Of a stretch of DNA of 64,000 bases, positions 39,468 to 52,051 are shown piece after piece. The position numbers and the translations under genes are program-made. The notes under the pieces were generated by a model. It had not been told where the DNA came from, did no database searches, and saw only the letters and a program-made list of their open reading frames with translations. How positions within the stretch are numbered: position 1 is the stretch's first letter; every line of letters starts with the position of its first letter. Source of the stretch: Psilocybe cubensis (Eukaryota); NCBI GenBank assembly GCA_017499595.2, contig CM038998.1, positions 2,542,001 to 2,606,000 on the forward strand. Reading direction: 5' to 3'.

Positions 39468-41522
39468 TTAGTCGGCATAGGGAGGGGGCCTCATTACTTG
39501 GTCATTTTCACCTCCACGATGGGTTTCTGCATTGAGATAGGGTGGAGGGGCATGTCCATGAGATACGGGCGTTTCTCGAGGAGGTAATGTGGGAGTGGAT
39601 GCTTGTATTCTTAATGGTGGATCGGATTGATGGTAGGAAGGATTTAATGGAGGCGATGCCCTGCTTGGAGACCCTTGATGGACCGAACCTGGCGATCTGA
39701 AGTCAGAATCGATAGATGGCGGAGGATCAGATGGATCATCCATGGCGGGAGGAGGGGGCGGCGGATTGTCTTCGGGGTGTACCACTTCTTCTATTTGGTC
39801 AAGTACGATGCTCAGTGCCTCTATCGCAACATGACCTGGTTGGTCGGTTAGGGCAGTCAAATTCGTGTCCCTTGAAGCCATCTCCAAGGTTGGAGGAGGC
39901 GTCGATGATCTTCGCATATCATCTATATGCCCATCAAATTGTTGATCTGATGAAAATCCAAATATTGTCCCTTCTCCGGGGATTGCACACAGCAGAGGGA
40001 CTACATCAGTAGGAAGGTCGTTGGAATCTGGAAGAATTATTTCACGCTCTGATTCTTGAAAGGTTGGCAGGCGTGAAGACGATGAGGCTTCGAAGGATGA
40101 AACAAAGAATGGAGGAGGTGCATCACGCTCTTCGAAGGGAGGGGGGGCGCCAGATGATTGCATACTGGGGCCTGCCTCAGAGTAATGGGGTATGGATGGG
40201 TCGTTTTCTTCCTCCCGCACTGTCCTTGCAGGCGGTCGGTCATGCTTTTTCTGGTAAGCTTCATCTAGGGATTGTGATACCTCTGGAAGTGGTGCGGGTG
40301 GTGCGAGGATAGTCACGGGAATTTGGAGAGTAGATATTCTTTCTGTTTGATTAGACGTATCGACAAAGGAGACATGGACCTTGATGTGAAACGAAACCGA
40401 GTGCAACAGTGTGGTCTGTGTAACAAGAGGGCATTCAGTGTCGCTTTCTGTGCGACCAAGGTTGGTCTGTGATTCAGAAGGTGCGCCAGAGGAATTTTGG
40501 TGCAGCACGAATCGTAATTGGATAGGACGGGAGGAGTGGAAACGGCAAGAGGCCCCAGAGCGCGCTATTACGGCTCTGTATGATGAACCTAGGAATAGCG
40601 GTGACAATGGGAGTTTGGAGGAAGATGCAAGAGACTGGTGTTGTTCATAAGAGTCAGACGGATTGAGAAGCGAAGAGCTGCTTTGCGGATAATCCAAATC
40701 CTCCGGGGCTGTCTCGCCATCAGTATCTAGGTCATCTTCATCGAAATGCTCTCGTTTGACTTTGACGACTCGGACAAGCTCAGCACGAACATTACGAAGG
40801 CGTAAACCCTTGTCGACAACAGTTTCCTTGCTTGGAGGGGGTACAGTTACATACAGTGGGATAGGCTCTCCGGATGTAAATGTGTCTCGAGGAAGTTGTA
40901 CCTCGACGCGTGTAGGATCTTCTAGAGCGTGCTCTTCCGGCGAAGAATATACTGCAGAAGTGTGTGAGGAGTATCGACGAGTATAAACTGTAAGACTCTT
41001 CGAAAGAATGGAGGCCCGGCCATCCAGTGGATGTAGAGACGCTGTCAAAGTATGTCCAAGAAACGAATGGGGTGTCTGGATCGACTGTGGGGTGTCTGGC
41101 AGGAGGGGAATTGCGAAAGGCATAGACAACGGACAAGGGAGATGTGGGCTAGCTATCCTAGAGTAAAGTTCGATTTCTGTCGAAGAAAGCTCGATTTCAT
41201 TTTGAAATGCACTTTCAAAGGAACGCAAAGAAACGGTACTTTATAAAAAAGCAAGTGAAATTGAGCGCTGCAGACTACCCGAGGGTCAATCAACTCACAC
41301 ACGTCCCCAATGATTAGTGTCAACACCTTTGAGTTGAAGTTCTCCTTCAATTGCTGCGTGTTCGCCCTCGGCCCCCAAATAGCCTTTCTGAAAGTTGACA
41401 GCATCTGCGGTTGGAATTATGAGAATCTGGGGATCTGACAAGATGTCATGTTGAGCCTGCGAATCGACCGAGTCCTCAGGATCTTGCTGGGAATATGTCG
41501 GGGGTGGGATATGGTCTGACAT
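39468..41522 (-). CDS. Arrestin-like adaptor with PY motifs (putative Rsp5/HECT adaptor)
   Basis: FQKGYLGAEGEHAAIEGELQLKG, FTSGEPIPLYVTVPPP and TTLLHSVSFHIKV beta-sandwich-like segments. PY-type motifs PPPTY, PPPY and C-terminal RPPPYAD*. Confidence 0.6.
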
Positions 41523-41755
41523 GGTATATGTTGACTGTGTTTGCTTTCTTTGCAATAATGGGTAAGAAACAGTTAGATGGCTGTTTCTTACAAACACTTT
41601 CAAGTCCATCACATTTCGTTCCGTCACTTTAATCATATCATAATGATTCATCACGTGTCAAGAGTCGAAACGCCACTGAAAGTAAAAAATGAATTGGGTA
41701 CAAAAGGTTACAACAGACATAAAATACACCATAAGATCTGATCCATGAGTACGAT

Positions 41756-44653
41756 CTACTGGTATTCAATTCGAACCATGCTTTCCAGTTCACTGAACAA
41801 TACCTCGTCCCCAACGACGTCACGCATAATTAATAAATCATAAGCCGCGTCTCGATTAGCGCCTAGTATTCCGGTACCCTTCTCCAGGCCCGCGTCATTG
41901 CCATCTGAAAATCCCATACCAAAGCTTAGAGCTGGCATAGTTGGTTCCGAATTATCTGCCAGATCTTCTGATTTATCCAATAATTTCATGGTCTCGATCG
42001 CACGACGTGGCGAAGACAAGTACGCGTTATGTGGATCAGCGGGGAAAGTAAGAACTTGGCGCGCAAGTCGGAAGAGGACGTCTTTGAGCCCTAGACTGCG
42101 GTCTGATTTGATTTTCTGCTTCAATTCATAAGGCGAAAGAAAAACCACGGAGTATATGGCCATCACGCTCTTCTCGATGAATGATAGCCAATGTTCTGAC
42201 CGTTGCATGAAAACAAAGTCAGCGTCGACGACGGGTAGACGATAAACGAGACTGGTAAGAAGGTCCCAAAGATGTGCAGATGGAATGGCCTTGCTGAGAA
42301 CCTGTCGGTTGTGATCTGGGTGGCTGAATCGGGTAAAAATGTCGAGAGCAGTATCGGCAAGTACGGATGGCCGCCGATTAGGATTTGGTGGAAGGCCTGC
42401 TACCTGTACACTGGCCAATGGAGGCGCACAGTCATTAGGGTCTACAAGAAAAGAAGCAAAGAGCCCAAATGTTCGTCTTGCAATTCGAAGGGTAACTGGT
42501 GAGGTATTATTGGGGAGAGTAATATGACCTGCAATATTGGAGAAGATGGCCAAGACATCTTTGCGAATCGTTAATAAATCCGAAAGTGAGAGATTTTTGG
42601 ACGCAGGGGAAGGCGGACTTCCAGAGATCATGCATACCCGTAGCACCATGTCTAACAACCTTGGGAAATTGGCGATGAATCCAGCATTGTCGTGGAGATT
42701 AGACATATTTCGAATAATGCCAATGATGGTTATTATGATGTCGCCAGGGCGCTGCCGAATGCCTGCAGAAATGTCCTGCAAACCTTGTTGCTTCTCGAGA
42801 GAGGCAAAAGGCCGACCCTGGGAATCCTGAACGAGAGCCACCAATTCTCGATAAGTAATGATAGGGGCATCCGTTGGTTCCGAGAAAGAGGCTTTTTCAG
42901 GCTCCCCGAAGGCTAATTCCTCCAACAGGTCTAAAGTGTCATCCAGCAGGTCTGGGCATTGTTGCAAGGGGAACCCAGAACCAGGGTTGTTACCTCGCAT
43001 TGTCGACAGAACGGCCATTGTTGTTAAAGCGTACGACATTTCTATCGAAAGCCGTGATCGTATGGACATACACAAGCATTCAATATCGACAATGCCCCAG
43101 TCATTGCTTTCTCGTATGCCCCTCCTGGCTATGATATTGTTCCATTCTGCATCGAATTGATATATATCTCTTCCCCCGTAGGTTTGGGCTTCTCTTGCTA
43201 GTGGTACATATTCAATTTTGCGTCTTGATGGTTGTTGACGAGGAGCGCCAGACGCATTCAAATTGGAAGGAGGCTGGGAGGTCTGTCGGCTTTGCAGATT
43301 GCCACCTTCTTCGGGGGTGATTGACATAAGCACCTACAGATAGGAGGAAAGGACTCGGTTAAATCGAGGAGGTAATTGCATGTTTATAACACCTACGGTA
43401 TTGCCATCTGGAGGATCTATAATAGCGGCCGTGAGAATAGGGGTTGAAGCAAAGATAAGCTACATACCAGTCTTCTGTCGAACCCGCTTCAAATCTCTGT
43501 CTTCTTGTTCATGTTTTCGCTTGATACCTTGGACATCCTGGTCTAAGAGGTTTGAGTCAATTGTGGGAGCAAGAGGATCAATTTCAGACGATCCGAGGGA
43601 AACATTTGACTCTTGTTGATGAGGGTTTTGAGAAGAAGCTGGTCTATTTTGAGGATGAATCTGGGGGTATTGTGGCATACCGTTTGAGGGGGGTATAGAC
43701 TGACTCATGAGGCCAGGTGTATTACTGGGGCGGACTCCAGATTGTGGCATGTTGGGCATTGCCGTTACAGGGCGTCCGACGTTGGAAGGAGGCGGAAAAG
43801 GTTTATTAGGCATAACCCTTTGTTGCTGTTGCTGAGATTGCTGCTGCAGCAGCTGTTGCTGCTGTTGACCTGCTTGCACTTTTTTTGCTTGTTCAGAAAG
43901 ATTGTTTCGGTAATACTCTTCGAAAGGATGCAATATGGCCATATAGTATTGGGAAAGCATGACAGCTACCGAGGCCGAGTTATTAGCCTGCATTTCAGGG
44001 AAGCGTTCAGGTAAATCAAACGCAGGGAGAAGCTTGGGCCAGAGATTGGCATTAGAAACCTGGTTGGTATTGTCAGTAGGATGAATGGGAAGGAAGAGAA
44101 GGAAAGGACGTACGACAGTGCCTCCACCATTCTGGAACACGGTGCCATAAAGCCTCCAAAGGTCGATTTCCTTGCCAGCAAGTCTGAAGAAGCCGAGCTC
44201 TGAACCCGGTTCTATGATGGAATAGGGCGAATTGGTGGGATCGTAGTTGGGGACTTGAATACCTGTAAGGGAAGGGGGAAGAGGAGTATTGCGCTTTGAC
44301 ATGAAAGTGGCAATGCCCTGAAAAAAGGCATTGCGACGACTGTGCTGGTTATTTGTGGGGTTGCGCAAGGAATCCTGATGTGACATGGAAGGATCGAGGA
44401 AAGAGACGCCAGTAGCCGAGTTTGGTGTCTGACTATTTGGCAACTGGAAATTCGCATGTCTGTTGGGGGAGAGGTCTGCACTGAAGCTGTGAGAGTTGAT
44501 TCCTCCGAGATATGGCCCCGAACTTGTTCCGACGGAGGGAGGATGAAAAGAGGGGGCAATTCGAGTATTCTGCGCTATTCTTGCCTGACTGGCGGCATTC
44601 AGAGCGGCCATTTGCTTGGCAACCTGTGGAGAGTCGAGAAATGAGGGATCCAT
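41756..44653 (-). CDS. SWI1: SWI/SNF subunit with ARID domain (Swi1/Sol1-like)
   Basis: ARID segment KEIDLWRLYGTVFQNGG...LWPKL...LSQYYMAILHPFEEYY, a Gln-rich tract, and a C-terminal region LCMSIRSRLSIEMSYALTTM. Confidence 0.8.
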
Positions 44654-44973
44654 GGAGGGATCAAGACACGAGTAAAGAAGAAAAAGGCGCTGGAGAGAGA
44701 AAAGGTGGATAAGAAGGAGAAGGGTGGTAATGAAAAGGAGAACGATGAGAGTGAGAAGAAGGGAGGAGGGCGCAGAGACTACGGGATGGTGAGCAGAGGG
44801 TGCAAACTCATCACGTTCTTGCTATTTTCGTCTCTGCTCAAACACACTCTATTGCTGCTCAAAATTCAATCCTGTCCTCAGCTGAGTCCTCCGTCTTTCC
44901 CCGCCGCCCCTCTCATCTATCCCTCCCTGCGTAACGTCACGCGTCACTCCTTTTTTTTCTTTTCTTTTTTACC

Positions 44974-45534
44974 ATGTCTGAAATCGACGCCATCTTTGCC
45001 TCCAAGGCTGCCCCGCCGCCCCCGCCCTCGCCGCCCCCCACCAAGCCTGCAAAGAAGAAGAGCAAAAAGAAGAAAACAGCGCCCCAGCCGTCTCCCCCAC
45101 CTCCTCCATCCTCCTCCAAGAAACGGCCTCCTCCAGAGACCGTCGTCGATACTTCTCACAAGCGCATCAAGTCCTCCCAACCACAACCCAACCCCGACAA
45201 AAAATCCACAAAAACAGACAAGAAAGCCCTCGACGGTTTCAAAGACTCCAGGGGCACCGCTTCTCGTACGTTCTCTTCCCCGCCAGTCTCACCCCATCCC
45301 TCTGATCTGCCGTTCCACAAGGCCGTACAACCGAAGAGGGCTGGCTTGTGTACAAAGAGGACGAGCTCGGCATCGGTGACACAGGCGGTGGTAAGCTACA
45401 GTGCGTCCGCCATATCTCTTTTTTTATGCAAATTTTCTATCAGACACTCCCCTCTGTCCATTTGATTGTGATTGCTGTGAGTTCTGATCCTGTCCTCCAA
45501 CATTTCGTTTTTGACTCGTATTTCAGGTTTTTAA
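44974..45534 (+). CDS. DUF1764-family small protein
   Basis: MSEIDAIF..., FKDSRG, RRTTEEGWLVYKEDELGI, and C-terminal GGDTPLCPFDCDCCF* after splicing. Confidence 0.85.
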
Positions 45535-45829
45535 TGTCATTGTGTTTTGCCTCCAATATACATCGTCCTGCTCTTATTTCTACAACCTCTCTCTGCACGG
45601 CTCTTTCGAAGCCTCTCTGATTGGTCTTTACGATCAGATGAGGTCAATTTGTAGCCAACATTGAACAATCCCGCCAGACATTTTTTCAAAGACAACTTGT
45701 TTTTGACAAGTCTGATGATTCAATTTTCTTCGAGGATGACATTTTTTACTTTCAACTACATCGCTTGTTGTGCAATAGCTTATTTTTCTCCTACGCAATA
45801 AACTTGTTGTTTCCAAAGTCATTAAATAT

Positions 45830-47059
45830 TCAATCGTCGTCGTCGTCGTCGTCATAATCTACCAAACCGCCTGCCAATGCTCTTCTTTTATCGCCGAGTT
45901 CCGTTCCGAAAGGATCACTTTCATCTAGTTCTTTCTGCAGTTCTGCCACCTTTTTATTGCGTTTTTCCTCCGCTATTCGTTCTTCATCCCGCTTCCGAGC
46001 CAGGTACGCCTTGCTACCTACAACTTTCTCCGGGTTTTTGCAGATTTTCAGCCGTCTGTCCACTTCACGCACCGATTCTATGTTGGGCGGATGGCCTTGC
46101 GATGTAATCATCTCCTTGATTTCATTAATCGACTTTGTTAGGCGCCAAGAATCAGAGGGAGTTTTCGAGGCTATCCACTCCGAGGTAATATCTGGCAGAG
46201 TTAAAGAAAAGGCAGCAAGAGCGATTTGCGATGGTGTATATATCAGTTCGGCGTCTGTTAAGCGAGAGGCTCTGATGTGGCCCAGCGCAGTATCATACAA
46301 TTCAGGTTGGAGCTTCTCTGTCACACTAGGAAGGTTCTGCGGTTATAGAGGCTCAAAAATCTTTTACTTTTAAGGATAAGAAAGGACATTACTGACCTGT
46401 ATATCCAGCCAAATCCCCCATAGAGCTCTATGAGCGTGCCAAACGGCAAATTCAAAGCCTAAACTTTGAGCGACGAGAAACTCAAGGTCAAGCACATCAT
46501 TTGGGGATGTCTTTGGGATATGAGCTGTATATGTTTCAAGTGAAATTGGGTTGTTCGTAGTCTTTGTGGCCAGAAATAGGGCCGTCAACCTAGATACGAT
46601 TAGACCATGGTTCGGACAAAGAGTGAGAACACTCGCATGACATTCTTAGGATGCCAATCCATGACCGTATTTTTCAGGTAGAATCGTTTCAAATAAGTGA
46701 TTGCTGTTGCCTCTACCTCCTCTGGGAAACGGAAAAGGCCACATAACTGCGTAATTTTTGTGATGTAGAGTTTGACCAGCAAAACCTCTTCATCGGCAAT
46801 CAAGAACGACACGTTGCTTGAAGAACCTGGCTAGGGTCGCGCTTTCTTAAGTTTGATCTTATAGAGTATGATACCGGCCAAATGAAACTGCTACCTCATC
46901 ACTTTCGAAAGTATTCCGAATAACTCCAACAGCTGCTTGGTTGAGAGACGTCCGTATACGGGTGAGTTGGTCAACCGAGTATCTCCAGTTCCTGGCCTGT
47001 GTACTGGCCTCGTATGAGGAAAGCTTGCCTGTGTTCCCGTTTGAAGGTATTGAAGGCAT
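45830..47059 (-). CDS. CCL1: Cyclin H (TFIIH/CAK cyclin)
   Basis: YEASTQARNWRY, EATAITYLKRFYL...WHPKNVMLTALFLATK, LEFLVAQSL and LTDAELIYTPSQIALA. The start could instead be 47065. Confidence 0.9.
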
Positions 47060-47341
47060 TAACATCAAGCAGTGAACCAACAAGGGACCAATAGCTGAAC
47101 GAATTAGACCCGTGCAGGTCGACAAAAATAGCTAGATGAGATTTGTCATGACGCGTCAATAACGATAAACAGGGAATAATAACGCGACAATTGTGGCGCC
47201 GTGACGGTTGATGAAAAGAACCACTATATAAACCAGGCGGTCATAAGTAATTAACGTTTTACAACTTCCTCTCCTCCCCTTTTCTCCCCATACTAGAAAG
47301 CCAATCAATCCTGTTCCCTTTTCCTAAGCATCATAATCTTT

Positions 47342-48262
47342 ATGGCCCCTAAACGCAAGTCAGATGCAATGCAAGTGCAGCCTCATGGCATTTCAGAAGC
47401 TGTAGCAGCGCCTTTAACTGAGGAAATTGTTCTTCAGCCGTCAAACAAAAAGGCCCGCGTCACCGAAATATCTGCTGAGCTAAAACCGTTGCCCAGCTCA
47501 TCGAAAGATAACGCCCAGTCATGGAAGGATATAAAACTTGATGGTGAAGATGAAGTACGTGCCATCCTGTCATTCGTGTCCAGTTTTTGCCCGTAATCTG
47601 AATATTTCTGGATTAGGGCGAAGTACCTGTTTAGTACGGTCACCTAAATACTTTCTGCTGGGTTATCTTTGCTTATTGTGCGTGCAGTGATGATTGTGGG
47701 GAAGTTCGTCGCAAAATTAGACTTCTCCAGAAGACTCCAAACTGGAAGGTGTTTATTGGGTCCTAAAATCTTCTTTTTATGAAACATCTGACGTCGAAGT
47801 CAAGGTGACACACTGGCTAAAGGAAATTGGCGGAATTAACAATAATTCTTATGGACGTTTCAGTGAGTTTCCTAGAGCATTCTTCCGCCGTTAAGACTTG
47901 ATAACTTATTTACAATCCCCAGTGAGGGAGAAGGGCAAAACAGACGGTGCTGCGAACGGCACATACTATGCTGCATATGTCTCAATAATTCCTGTTCAAT
48001 TCATTTCATATTTACAAGCATGCTTAGATATGTTTACTTTGAAAAAGTTCGGATCTTCGAGGGCAAAAAAAAAAGTGCATCTCGCATTCGCAATGAAGAA
48101 ATGCAGCCTTCAGGATTCCCTCTAGAGGTTCAACGCGGTTTTTATTTGTTCCGAAAGCCATCAGGAGTCTGGGGACACCACACCATCTATACTCTAACTA
48201 TCTTCCTGGTTCGCAGACCACTGTTTAATCCACTCCACTATTCTAGCCACGTTCGTTTCTAA
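47342..48262 (+). CDS. Conserved small uncharacterised protein (DUF7726-like); last intron non-canonical and 3' end uncertain
   Basis: Exons give VPVYDDCGEVRRKIRLLQKTPNWKVTHWLKEIGGINNNSYGRFM...GAANGTYYAAYVYFEKVRIFEGKKKS. N-terminal MAPKRK is NLS-like. Confidence 0.65.
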
Positions 48263-48831
48263 ATGCTCCATGGTCTCGCTTTGCAGCTCGATGACAATTT
48301 GTGAGGGATAAGAAGATCGTGCTTCCTCTAATACCACTTGCATTATTTCGGCCTCGTTGTTTTCTTGGATTTTTTTAAGAGGATACCCTCTGTAAATGTG
48401 ATAAGATGTCTTGTTGACTTGCAGTCAAAGAGCATGTGTACCTTTTTTCTAGCCTTTCCCACAATTTTGAATGGTCACAGCGCAAGACGACAACAAGATC
48501 AGGCCAGCGTTCGGGGAATACTTCGCAAGAATGCCAATCAAGGATTATGCCGCCTTCTGCGACGATTGGCTCGAGTTCATCTAAAAGCTGGGTAAAGAGG
48601 TAGAAACCCAAGATCATCCAAGGCAACCTTGAGTAGACGCACCCTATCTTCGTCAACGGTGTAGGATTGCCATTCTTCGTCGTACTTCTCATATAATCCT
48701 TTTTCTTTTACCCATTCGCTGACGTTGATAGCTCTCAATGGTAAAGGAGATTCATTCACAAGAAGCTCTGCGTGGGTAGATTTGCCAGTTCCAGGTGTTC
48801 CTGTCAAAACGATGACCGGACCTTGAGCCAT
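48194..48831 (-). CDS. FAP7: Adenylate kinase 6 / Fap7 (40S maturation ATPase)
   Basis: IVLTGTPGTGKS P-loop, GIILDWHSCEVFPERWPDLVVVLRC, ENNEAEIM, and IVEWIKQW near the stop. Confidence 0.93.
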
Positions 48832-49399
48832 AACGATATACTGCGTTGGTCTTATTGGGATTGGTGAACGTGAGGGTGTGGGGGGATGACGATTACATAA
48901 TATCTGATGGCGCTTGTTACCGTCGGTGGATTCGGCAGGCAAGTTACGACACCTTAAATAAAACGGCTCCCGACTAAAGACTTGTTGGCAACTTGCATCG
49001 CTGATAATGCAGTTGCTTTCGCAGGCGCTACATGTCATGAGCAGCATTGACATGCCAATCCGAACCCTTGGGAATGTGTCCATTAGACGGTTGCCGTGGC
49101 CACAAGACAATCGCGGAGAAAGGCCGACGTACCCTTTCCCCACATGACGGTGGTCTTCTGAGCAAATCAATCCCCAGTCGGTTGCCTCCCTGGCTTATGC
49201 CTAAATGAACCCCAGGATTTCTTTAAAAATTATCCCGGCTTTTACTATGCGTTTGTTCCTATCTCTTCACCATTAATTCGTCCTTAGAACTGCAGCGCAG
49301 ATATGCTGGTCTTCGACATCTCAAGCCAGCCGGACTGTTAATTTCTTTAAAACACGCTCTTTTCTTCTTGTGTTTACACAATATTGATACTTGGTATCA

Positions 49400-51676
49400 A
49401 TGGTTCAACCGTCTGCGACAGTTGTCCCTCCAGAAGTTTTATCTTCAGCAACTCCTACAAGGAGTCTACCCACCCTTGTTGGATACCCTAGCCAGGGACA
49501 TTACAATAATCTTCAACCTCGTATAACCCCTACTCCTACATCGACATGCCCGCCGAATGCGCTTGTCGTCCAACTATCCACGACACTGCTCATACCCGAC
49601 TACTCTCGTTTCTTTGCACCTACCAATATCGAGACATTTTCGCCCTCCTACACAGCACTCGCCGATGGATCTTTACTTACACCTCCCTTCAATCGAGACA
49701 TAACAGACTCCAACCTTAGTCTTCTCGTCACCGGAGCATTAGCAATAATATTTGCCAGAAATATCATCGTTTCTGGAGACTATGTCCGCCGCGGAAAGGT
49801 CAAAAAGAGATTTCTCTTCTATGTTCTCTTTCTCAGTCAAATTCTCTCACCAATCGCTTTTATTCCCGTTATTCTATCATATTTTAGCCAGAGCTTACAT
49901 TGTACTGCGTAAGATCTCATGATCATACTGCCTACACGGTCGCGTAGCTGACATTTCTGACAGAGTGATCATTCTTTCCTGTGTATCTGGAACTACTTCG
50001 CTTGCTCTTCTGGTAAGGGTATTTTCACAACCAATTGTATGAATCGATTACTAAAATTTTCCAGATAACTGTAATTCTGGGAGTGAAGGTGTATAAATGT
50101 CTAAATAACGCATGGTTTGTCCTCGTAATTCTGGGCTTATTCCAAGCGGCATCCACAACTTTGGTCGTATTCGACGTCATCTCAACCAAAGGCATCCGTC
50201 GATTAACAGGTAGTTTGACAGTATTTTTTGTTGACTTCCACTCTGACGTACGTTCAAGGCAGTTGTATACGCAGTGACGATCTGCGATATACTCGGTATT
50301 TTGTTATCACGCAATTTCTGGAGTCGTTATTCATTTGCTGCTGTTGTAAGTCATACTGTGCCACCTTGTTTACCACTGTACTCAGTAGTTGGTTTATCAC
50401 AGTCGTTTATGTTTGTTGGAAATCTCGTGGTTCTCCTGATGCTCGAGGCAGAATCTCTATCGAGCTTTCGATGGATGAATTGCCCATCGAAGTACCGGAG
50501 GATCCTCCTGAAAAGGTTCAGACTACTCGAAGGGGATGGTGGGATTACGTCTCTGAAGTGGACAATAGGCCTGAACCCGATGACCGTGAAACTACCATAA
50601 AAAAACCGCCAAAGCGAGTGTTGAAAACCTTCCTATCTACTATAGGCGACTTTCGAGAGAGACAAAGGGAAATCAAAAGGAAGAGGTTAAGAGCGTACAA
50701 GAAAACGGCACAAAGAAACGTAGAGAACCCTTCAAATCTTCCTCGAGAGGGTGAAATGAATGATTCAAGAAATTCTTTCGCACCCTCATATATGAGTAGA
50801 TTAAGCCGATTAATCCCGCGTATGGAATTGTTCCAAGAAGTTATTAAGGATGAGGTCAGTCTGCTTTCTTCTTTATGGTATTATATATTGATTGACTGAC
50901 TAATTACTCTATTTGGTTAGTTACTTTATACCACATTCTTTACCTCTACGTGTGTTATAGTTGCCGTTCTTGCTATCATTGGAGTCAATTTCAAGAATGG
51001 TCTTAGCGTCACAGGCTGGATAGCTCTTAACTGCAAGTATTAGATCTAGTTTCCATGTGAATGGTACTTACATTTTCGGTATGTAGGGGGTATAATATCC
51101 TTGCTCGCCATCCATAGCTTCGGACGTGTTGTTCACAGACATGAACGAGATGTTCTCCTACAACAACCTACCAGGTGTGCGATAATAACGCAAGCCGCCA
51201 ACAAAATTGCCGCCCGAGAACGGAGGACGCAAGCGCGGACTCTCTCAAGCACCCTTCCACTGACACGAAGCTTACGGATCGCCAGCACCAGCGATCCATT
51301 CGCAGATACGCATGCTCTGGAGAAACCTACCAATCCTTTCATTTCGGCACTCGATGACAAAGTATCCGGGGAGCAGCCGTCTCCCGAGGATCATGACTTC
51401 TCTTCGACAATTTCCATCCTACGGCCAAATCAGCGAGACGAAAATATGACCACTTCTCAATTTGCAGCCAGACATTTATCGCAACTTCCACAAGATCTTG
51501 ATGTTCCAACTTCAACATTGGGGACTCCTCTGGTTCCTGTCAGTGAAGCTGATATCTCTCAACAACAAAGGTTTTATCAGGACTGGATCATCTCAGGCAG
51601 TCGACCATCCAGTTATTCAGCGAGCGAGCGCAGCATCCAAGTTCGCGAGACCTTATACGGCGATAGAACCCAATGA
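49400..51676 (+). CDS. Orphan seven-transmembrane, GPCR-like protein
   Basis: Spliced product has an S/T/P-rich N-terminus, seven hydrophobic segments, a long charged loop between segments 5 and 6, and a long polar C-tail. Confidence 0.6.
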
Positions 51677-52051
51677 TGCTTTACTTTATTTTTTTCCTCG
51701 TTATTTGTGTATTCATAAGTATTTCCTTCCTTTGTTTCACACATATCGTTAACCTTTTCAAGTTCGTTTTTTAAAAACTTCCTGTTAGAAATCGTCAATC
51801 AATTTGATGTATACTTGGTCTTATTTCGTTACTCCTCTTCGAGTTTATATCAAATTTCTCTGCTGTACAATTTTGTATCCAATAACATTTTCTTCAAGGC
51901 TTACTCATCTCAGCTCTTGAATATACAGTCAAAGAAGGAAAACAAAGTAGTTTTTCAGGGTACTCGAGGTTGACTTCCCAATCGGTGATGGAGTCTGCGG
52001 ACTAAATTTGAAATTCATGTTTTGACAGCCAACTGTGACAAAACGTGACCA

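Noticed and set aside
42272..43160. Many antisense ORFs over SWI1 and other long exons
   Set aside because: Shadow ORFs of real coding exons, with no independent motifs.
44655..44790. Purine-rich GA tract
   Set aside because: It is consistent with an ordinary pyrimidine-rich 5' leader of the minus-strand SWI1 gene.
44974..45000. MSEIDA start resembling an MSDIN toxin precursor leader
   Set aside because: The frame continues into a DUF1764-type protein ending CPFDCDCCF, with no MSDIN core or follower.
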